DNA from: Lama glama | Taxonomy: Eukaryota | DNA: 64,000 bases | Direction: 5' to 3' | NCBI GenBank assembly: GCA_028534125.1 | Contig: CM052818.1 | Location: forward strand, 312,001-376,000 | In this document: positions 55,966 to 64,000 of the stretch, one piece after another | Layout: each line of letters starts with the position of its first letter | How positions within the stretch are numbered: position 1 is the stretch's first letter | Notes under the pieces: generated by a model | Seen by the model: the letters and a program-made list of their open reading frames with translations, nothing else | What the model was told of the DNA's origin: nothing | Database searches by the model: none | Translations under genes and position numbers: made by a program

Positions 55966-56118
55966 GTGGCTGATACGTGGCTGGAGCTCTGGGTAACCGA
56001 GTCGGAGGATATAACCACAGACTCAAGAGTGGCCACCTGTCCTCCCAGCCCGTGGTGGTGGAGAGCAGCCATCCCTACACAGGTGACACTTCCTCCAGTG
56101 GCACAGTGAAGATACCAG
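55966..56118 (+). pseudogene. HERC2: HERC2-like exon F, -1 frameshift
   Basis: VADTWLELWVTESEDITTDS, then a frame switch at about 56025 to SGHLSSQPVVVESSHPYTGDTSSSGTVKIP|gtact. Confidence 0.88.
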
Positions 56119-56928
56119 GTACTCAGGGCTGGTCCCAGGGAGGAAATGTGGGGGTCCCTGCCTGTAGAACAGCTTCATTTCTGCCATGGCATCAGTGGAA
56201 GCAACTGTCAATGTTTTATAGAAAAGCTACAGAATTGCACAACTCCCTCCTAGGGTTTGATGAACTTCCTAGAGTATCTCGCAGAACTCAGAGAAACATT
56301 TACTTACGTTTACTGGTTTATTACAAAGTATAGGAAAAGGGATGCAGGTGAATAGTCAGATGAAGAGGTGCACAGGAGGGTGTTCTGTAAACGTCTGTGA
56401 GGTTAAGGTGTAGGTGGTCTTGTTGAAATCGTCTGTATCTTTACTGGTTTCTGTCTACTTGTTCTGTGAGCTGTTGCAAGTTGGGTTTTGAGATCCCCAG
56501 CTGTCATTGTGGATTTGTCTCCTTTTTACTTTTCTATCAGTGTTTCCTCCGTGTGTTTTGGGTCTTTGTTATTAGGTGTGCGTATCTTTGTAATTGTTAC
56601 ATATTCCTGATGGTCGACCCATTTTTCACTGTGAAATGTCTCTGTTTTGTCTCTATTAACATTTCTTAAAGTCTATCTTGTGTAATATTAGTATAGCCAC
56701 TCCAGCTCTATTAATGGTTACTGTTTGCACGGTAGATCTTTTTCCATCCTTTTACTTCCAACCTTTTATGTCTTTTAAGTCTAAAGTTTGTCTCTTGTTA
56801 TGCACCTTATAGTTAGCTCTTGCTTTTTCTTAAACCAGCCTGATAGTCTTTGTCTTCTGGTTGAGATGCTTGGGCCATTCACACTTAATGTAAGTATAGA
56901 TGTGGGTGGATTTACTTCTCTTAGTATG

Positions 56929-57428
56929 NNNNNNNNNNNNNNNNNNNNNNNNNNNNNNNNNNNNNNNNNNNNNNNNNNNNNNNNNNNNNNNNNNNNNNNN
57001 NNNNNNNNNNNNNNNNNNNNNNNNNNNNNNNNNNNNNNNNNNNNNNNNNNNNNNNNNNNNNNNNNNNNNNNNNNNNNNNNNNNNNNNNNNNNNNNNNNNN
57101 NNNNNNNNNNNNNNNNNNNNNNNNNNNNNNNNNNNNNNNNNNNNNNNNNNNNNNNNNNNNNNNNNNNNNNNNNNNNNNNNNNNNNNNNNNNNNNNNNNNN
57201 NNNNNNNNNNNNNNNNNNNNNNNNNNNNNNNNNNNNNNNNNNNNNNNNNNNNNNNNNNNNNNNNNNNNNNNNNNNNNNNNNNNNNNNNNNNNNNNNNNNN
57301 NNNNNNNNNNNNNNNNNNNNNNNNNNNNNNNNNNNNNNNNNNNNNNNNNNNNNNNNNNNNNNNNNNNNNNNNNNNNNNNNNNNNNNNNNNNNNNNNNNNN
57401 NNNNNNNNNNNNNNNNNNNNNNNNNNNN
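56929..57428. other. Assembly gap (500 N)
   Basis: Exactly 500 Ns. Confidence 0.99.
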
Positions 57429-58759
57429 AAGCAGCTGTGATCTAAGCAGAACACAGTCAGAAGAACTTAGATTTGAACTGGGAAACAGAGCTGGTTGAGA
57501 ACTGGTATTCCTGGGGTGGGAGAATGTAGATACCAGTAAAACACAGATGAGATGAAGTGGAAACTCTGCAGTATCATTATCAACCTATGATGTACTTTAT
57601 ATTAAAAACAAACATATAAACACATTTCCTAGCTCTGACCACTGAAAAAGCCTAGAAGCAGCTGTCATGTCACATCATGTCATGTCAAAAGGACTCAGGA
57701 GCCAAACTGAGAAGCTGCAACTGGCCGAAGACAGGGGACTCAGTTAGAAAACTGGCTGTAGTGGAGTTCACAGTGAAATGCAGAAAATTACTTAAGTAAA
57801 TAGACAGACAAACACGTAAATAAACAAACAGGTCACCCCTGGAGGACATTTAAGAATCAACACATTATTCTGAAAGCCAACTCATCATTTTTATTCTAAG
57901 AAAAGGGGAGAATCACGCCTCCATATAACCGGGCAGCCAAACGGCTGATGAGGGGAACCTTCTCTTGATAGAAACACACGCTGCTAATAAGGGAAAAAGG
58001 AATAACAGGATTCACCAGTTTTTGAAGCCCCAGATGAGTTAGTGGATGCAGGTGTCAATCATCAGTGACTGCTGATACCACAGAAAGAGACAATCAAGTC
58101 TCCACAGAACACATCCTCACCTATGAAACTGTGTCCCTCCCCCTCAAAAAATTAAAAATAAAAATTCAAGCTTCATTCTGATTAAGTCTCTAGGTCCAAC
58201 TACTCATCTACAAGAAATAAAAGCATTGAAGAATATGTTAACAATACATGCAATGTGATCATCGAAATCTAGATGAGGCAAACTACCTAGTTTCTTTAAA
58301 AAACATAATTCAAAGAGGGAAAAAAAGTTAGACAGGCATGAAGGGAAGACATATCAATTAAGTAAGAGTTCAGAGACCTAACGATCAGAAGCAAAGTGCG
58401 GACCTTATTTGGATCTAATTCAAAATTCTTAAAAACAATTTTTATGACATTCAGGTGACAACTGCAAATCTGAGTGCTGACTGGATATTTAATATTAAAA
58501 ATGATATTAAGGAATAAAAATCCTATATTTTACATGTACATACCAAAATATATAGGTGTCATTACACAATATCTGGGATCTGCTTCAAAATAATATAGAA
58601 TAGGGTGAGACAGGCAGGAGTACAGATGAAACACGACAGCCATCAGCTGATAAATATGAAAGCTGGATGAGTTCCTGGATAGACAAGGAACACTCACAGT
58701 ATTCTGTCTACTTCTGGATACATTTAAAACCTGTGACAATTGTTTAAAAACAAGACGAC

Positions 58760-59297
58760 CCTGTAGAAACCAGTTTGGCAGTTTCTCAGAGGTTAAACAT
58801 AAAACCACCGTATGATCCAACAACTCTACTCTCACCTATACCGCACAACTGAAAGAACCGAGAGCAGGGATTTGAACAAATATTTGCACACCAGTGTGCA
58901 CAGCAGCATGATTCCCAATAGCCAAAAGGCGGAAACAACCTAAGTGTCAATCATCAGATGAGTAACAAAATATGGTATATACACAGAATGGAATTTACTG
59001 AGCCATAAGAAGGAATGGCATTTTGTTAAATGCTGTAACATGGATGGACCTTGAAAAAACTAAGTTGAATGAAATAAGCCAGACATAGAAGGACAAATAT
59101 TGCATGATTCCACTTACTGGAGGTACCTATTCCAGGTACGTCACAGAGACAGAAAGCAGAACAGAGGTCACTAAGGGCTGGCGCGAGGGAAATGGGCTTG
59201 TTAGCGTTTAATAGTTTTTGTTGAGGATGATAAACACTTATAAATGGTTAAAACGATAAATATTACTCACATGTATTTTACCACAATTTAAAAAAAG
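58760..59297 (+). mobile_element. Old L1 3' end fragment (L1MA/MB-like) in a DUSP11 intron
   Basis: Contains 'aatagccaaaaggcggaaacaacctaagtgtc', 'aacatggatggaccttgaaaa' and the terminus 'gtattttaccacaatttaaaaaaa'. Confidence 0.75.
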
Positions 59298-60054
59298 AGG
59301 AATAACTGGGTTCAAATTTCAATTCTTCCTTTTCTGAGTCTCAGTTTCATCATCCATAAACTTAGCAATTATAACTGTCTATGCGCTGTTAGCTTGATGC
59401 AGAGTAAGCACTCAGAGACATTGGTGCCACCGATACTTCATCAGCAAAGGACTGCTGTGAGGATTAACTAAGCTAATGGCAAACTGCTACACAAACATTA
59501 ACAAACATTAGGTGTTACTGTTTTCCAAGGCCATGGAACAGGTCAGAAAAAGAGTAATTCTTTCCCACCAGTTATGTCCCACGTGGGCCAACAGAATCTA
59601 TGAGTTTCTGTATCATATCAAAAGATATTGGGAAAAGAAAGCACAAAACTCAGAGAACAACTACCTTGCACCGTGACACTTACACATGCTCAGGCAACTG
59701 CTTAAAATAAATGCTAACAACATAACGGATGTTCCTTTCTTTCCTTTTAGGCTACTACTATTCTTAACTAAAAGTTTGCTTCCTTTTCAAAATATAGAAT
59801 AGGGAAGCTTACAGAATTTCCTAAGCATACCCAGAGCCCACTGCCAAATATTATAATTCAGTTCATGTCTTTAATCTCATTTTGAGACAACAATTAGGTA
59901 TGTGTAATTAAGGAAACCACTTGCTTCCCTTTTGGAACTATCACCCATGAAAGAAGGCCAGGATTCACCTCAGCAGAAGCTGCTAACTACTGAAATACAA
60001 CGAATTATTACAGTATCAGAAAGAAGGTTCTTTTCAATTAAGGATTCCCTTTAC

Positions 60055-63000
60055 CTCTGGTTTATAATAGCGGCAAGTATATGTTAAATCAATAATCAGT
60101 CCAAGTTCTTCATTCTGTTCTTGGATTTTGTTAAAAAGATCCAAGGGAGAAAAACGTTCTTCTGGAGCAAGGTTCTCTTCAAAACTCTGTCAGAGAGAAT
60201 GAAATAAGAACGAACAAATGTGCTTACAATCCTTTATTACATTGTCCACTTATTTAAGTCCTGTGATGCTAACATATAATGAGATTCAAAGGAAAGTCTC
60301 TACTCCTCTGAATTTACAAACTGTATTACAATCCTTTCTTCGCAGAGATATTAGAGGGAAGAAAATAAGTTCATTTCTGTATAATATTTATTTCTATGTT
60401 TGTTTATTTCATGTTGGTCTCCTAACCAGACTGTAGACTCCCAGAAGGCAGGAATCACATCAATTTTGTCCACCACTGTATTGCCAGTTATAAACAAACA
60501 CTTCTTGAATATCTACATACAGGAAGGATGGCTTTCATTGCTAAATATTCTATGTATTTGGCTTATTTATGCACTCTATTTCATTGATCAGCTTGGTTAA
60601 AGTACTAGCAACACACTTAAAAAAAATTTAATAGATTAGTTTTTAGAGCAGTTTTAAATTCACAGCAAAACAGCAGAAAGTGCAGTTCCCACTTATACCC
60701 TCTCTCCTTCCCCCAACACAGCCTTCCCCACTATCAACATTCTGCACCAGTGTGCTTCATTTGTGAGAATTCACGAGCTAACACCAACACATCATTATCA
60801 AAGGCCACAGTTTACACTGTGAGTCACCCTTTGTGCTGTACACTCTATGCATTTTGATCGATATATAATGACGTGTATCTGCCCATATAGTATCATACAA
60901 AATAGTTTCACTGCCCTAAAAATCCCATGCTCCCTCAACACTTATTAAAGTATAGTTGATAAGCAATACTGTGTTCGTTTCAGGTATACAGCAAAGTATA
61001 TATTTTTCAGATTCTTTTCCATTATAGGTTATTACAAGATACTGAATAGAGTTCCTGTGCTCTACAAGAGGTCCTTGTTGCTTATCTATTTGAGACACGT
61101 TTAATATGGCTTAAAATCTGGTAGAGCTAGATGCTTTACTTCCACTATTATTCTACTTTTTCAGAATTTTACTGGCTGTTTAAGATTTTCTATATGAGTA
61201 TTAGAATCAGCCTAACTCAGAAAATTACTTTGAACTATTGTTAAATTTATAAATCAACTTAAGAAGATTTGACAGATTTACAGTGCTGAATCTTCTGCAT
61301 AATGTTGAAAAAGCTTTGAAGAATAAATTAATTGCAACAGGGCATATGGCGGGGGGGGTTATAGCTGAGTGAGAGAATGTATGCCTAGCATGCATGAGGT
61401 CCTGGGTTCAATCCCTAGTACTTCCATTAAAACAAAATAAATAAACATAATTACCACCCCCCAGAATAAAACAAAACAAACAACAAGGCATACAATTTCT
61501 CTAGTTAGTTTCTTGCAGACGTGGAGATGACAGATCAATTATTATCTCCAGCTATCTGAAGAATAACCAAGATAACTAACCTAAGTCACAAACTTTAAAT
61601 AATTTTAGTTTAGATAACTTAAGTAACGGACAGAAACTAACTGAAGTCACAAGCCCTTTAGGAAACCTTCCTTGACTAACCCCGTCTGTTCTCATTTCTA
61701 CCTCAATGCCATGGCATTTATTTGACACTTCACATACTCTATTTCACATTCCAGTATGCTTGAGAAGCGACTGTCAAGTACTGAGGCTGCTTTTCCTTGG
61801 GTGACTTCCATAAAACAGCCAGGGAACCAAAGCCACGTGTCACTGCCACACAGCGGTAATTAACCTCCTTAACTCCACTGCATGAACAGGGACAGCACTG
61901 GGAGCTACCATACAGCTTTGAAATCACCTTTATGGTGCCGTAAACAAGCCAGATACAGAATAAAATAACGTGAGTATACAGAGTTCAAAGACAATTTTTA
62001 TAATGACATCATCAAGGAAAGCGTTGTGGTTGCATGGAGGAAAGGAAGCTAGAAAGTCTTCCTGTTTTTTCTCCTGCTCATGTACTTTCAGACAAGGGTG
62101 ATAAGCAGGGACCCATGGAGAACCTCAGGAATCCACTTTTAGAGGTCACGCAGTAGGGACATGAGGAGTCAGGACAACTGCACAGAGAGGAGGAGGAACA
62201 TAGGAGAAAATTCACAGTAACTCCAAGTGTGGGTTGGGAGTCCACTCATTCATTCAACAAAGATCTGCTAAGTATTTATTATATGTCAAACACTATACTT
62301 GGTGTTGGTGGATGTAAATAAGAAAAACATATGTTTACCTTTATGAAATGACTAATTTTATGTCCAGAGAAGCAGAAGAACTAACACAGTAGGTTAAAAA
62401 GGAACCCTGACTTCTGAGTCACAAGTTAAATAAATTCCCAATACACTCACGGTGGGCTTTCCCTGATACTAGTTCATGCCACGCCGGGCAGTTCAATGAG
62501 ACGTGGAAACTCTCTCATCATTTTTATATTTGTCAAATACCTTCCCCATCTATTCCTTTTTCAGTCAAACAGAAACAATTTTCAGTTTCCAGGCTGAAAT
62601 TCTGACCTTGCTCATCCAGGCTATTTTTTTGGTTGTGATGCTGTGAGTGTCTTATTGGCATTTAGTTGGTGGGGGTAATGGATGTTAGACATCTTGCTAA
62701 ATTCGGCATAGTCCTACAAATATGTCTCACATCCTCAATGACTTTTGAATAACCTAGTCAACATTCAAAAAAACTGTTGGTAATTACCTAAGCCTCAGAA
62801 CCTAACTGTATTTTACAAATAAACACAAAGCTTTTGTGTGTGTGTGTGGCAGTTTTAATGTACATTAAGTTTTCCAGGATATTAACCACCTTATCAACCT
62901 AGTGAAGACTGTACTTTGTTTTATTTGGAAATCTAGTAAGAGCTGTTCACTCTCACGGCAACTCCTGCCACTAACACAATATAATCCACCTAAATCAGTC

Positions 63001-63407
63001 TGCATTTGCAGTTTTTGCATTTGTGGTGCAAGCAACTGATTATCTCTTTATTTCTGGTATAGTCATGCCCAAATATTTACACATTGAAATACATATTACT
63101 TTATTATAAATTATTTTATCTATTCTTTGTTTATAGTTAGAGTATTATATTGATTTTTTTCCTTTAAAATTAAGTTATATTTATCTATGAATTTCATTTC
63201 AGAATAACAAAGCGGGGTATTACAAAGTATTTGCTATAAAAAGAAAAAATGGAGCATGAGAGGATTGAGAACCAGGGGTCTATATGGTGAATTCAGAGCT
63301 CTGAAAGAATACTGAATTAACTTTTGCTTACCTTTTTCAAAGGAACTTTGAAAGCAATGAAACGAGTCCCAGGCATCCGCTGTCCAACTGGGAGATAGTC
63401 TTTCCAC
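60055..63407 (-). CDS. DUSP11: Dual specificity phosphatase 11 / PIR1 RNA 5'-phosphatase, two internal exons (63407-63332, 60186-60055); partial
   Basis: tag|G TGG AAA GAC TAT... gives (R)WKDYLPVGQRMPGTRFIAFKVPLKK|gtaag (76 nt). cag|SFEENLAPEERFSPLDLFNKIQEQNEELGLIIDLTYTCRYYKPE|gtaaa is 132 nt. The two are in phase and have no stops. Confidence 0.92.
60625..60935 (-). mobile_element. L1MC-like 3' end fragment, followed by a younger antisense L1 3' end (about 60940-61095)
   Basis: Similar to 485-1005 ('tagtatcatacaaaatagtttcactgccctaaaaatccc'). The adjacent 'aagtatagttgat...ttacaagatactgaatagagttcctgtgctctaca' is the reverse of the 20733-21377 family. Confidence 0.7.
61348..61480 (+). mobile_element. 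tRNA-derived camelid-type SINE (vic-1-like)
   Basis: ggggggttatagctgagtgagagaatgtatgcctagcatgcatgaggtcctgggttcaatccctagtacttcc with an A-rich tail. TSD caacagggcata/caacaaggcata (61335-61346, 61481-61492). Confidence 0.8.
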
Positions 63408-64000
63408 CTATTAACACATTCTTTGTTAGCAAATGTTATGGTAGCCTATCTCCCTAAATAGGATGGAGGCTCCTTGAAAATGGAAATCACAGCTCTGGAC
63501 AGTAGGTCCCCTCTTCTTTCTGCTTTGCATTTTGCTGCTCCACTTATTCAACCCCACCTAGTAACAGCCTATACTTCCCTTCGTCCTGTTTCCCCATCGT
63601 GAAAACAGATGAAAGGCAACAAGACAGTGCAAAGGTCTCAACCAACAAGGTACTATCTAAAACCAGAGATGGCCAGAACTTCTGTATCCCTCATAAAACC
63701 TAGCTCAGTCCTGAATGCTAAGATATCATTAATACATGCATGTTGACCAAAATACTTAAAAATTCAATTCTTTCACTTCACAGTTGACTTTCAGTCCTCA
63801 TCCAACTAATGCCATCAAACTCAATAGCTAGGAAACTAAGTTTATATCTTAAAAGAAAATCTGACAGAAAAGGGATTGTGAACTTCACTTAATGCTAGGA
63901 ATCACAGTGAAAAGTAATATTGGAACTGACTTCTGTTAGGATGAGTTAGAACAAAGGTTAATTCAGTGTAACAGAAGCACAGAAAGTGAGGACAGAAGTG

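Larger units (their letters stand above)
41460..56118 (+). pseudogene. HERC2: Unprocessed HERC2 pseudogene segment with six exons (41460-41681, 47430-47602, 48428-48617, 49329-49469, 53276-53462, 55966-56118)
   Basis: Collinear peptides VYAWCDSDHGQQGRGTTTVNRKPTL / ITRVACGSSHSVAW / GMPSDADSSAA / ILLSLGGNLAKQQALSPILMALQIMYAR / DAVVGALMPA...PNPWQEKRGE / IVSSEDAVTPSAVT / DVESQNKASGPE...DEFTSLL / SSQPVVVESSHPYT..SGTVKIPG match HERC2 around the end of RLD2 (roughly aa 3280-3630, from memory). Four exons are frameshifted and there is an in-frame TAG at 41541-41543. Confidence 0.9.

Noticed and set aside
41460..56118. Reading the HERC2-like exons as the functional HERC2 gene or as a retrocopy
   Set aside because: Four frameshifts and a stop argue against function, and retained introns rule out retrotransposition.
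61348..61430. tRNA gene (also 46190-46269 and 48910-48983)
   Set aside because: A/B boxes are present, but degenerate stems, A-rich tails and TSDs identify them as tRNA-derived SINEs.
61739..61927. Cys-rich 62-aa minus-strand ORF in a DUSP11 intron as an extra exon
   Set aside because: No similarity to DUSP11 in the expected position, and the flanking DUSP11 exons already join in phase.

Overview
Mammalian genomic DNA, most likely a camelid (tRNA-derived vic-1-type SINEs), made of three contigs joined by two exactly 500-N gaps. Contig 1 (1-40651) is the compact gene cluster syntenic with human 2p13.1. It holds the CCDC142 3' exons (+), MRPL53 (+), MOGS (+), WBP1 (-), INO80B (-) and RTKN (+, cut off inside exon 11 by the gap), all with intact frames and GT-AG sites. 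Contig 2 (41152-56928) carries six consecutive, intron-separated exons of HERC2 (end of RCC1-like domain 2 and the following region). Four of the six have a frameshift and there are many substitutions, so this is an unprocessed HERC2 duplicate pseudogene that the ORF track does not reveal. Contig 3 (57429-64000) holds two coding exons of DUSP11 (-), whose 3' half runs into the second gap. The RTKN/DUSP11 geometry suggests a mis-oriented contig or an inversion. Other points of interest are a uORF in WBP1 that could double as an alternative N-terminus, a candidate extra RTKN first exon in an intronic CpG island, and rearranged ERV solo LTRs. Gene identities rest on my recall of the human proteins, not on database searches.
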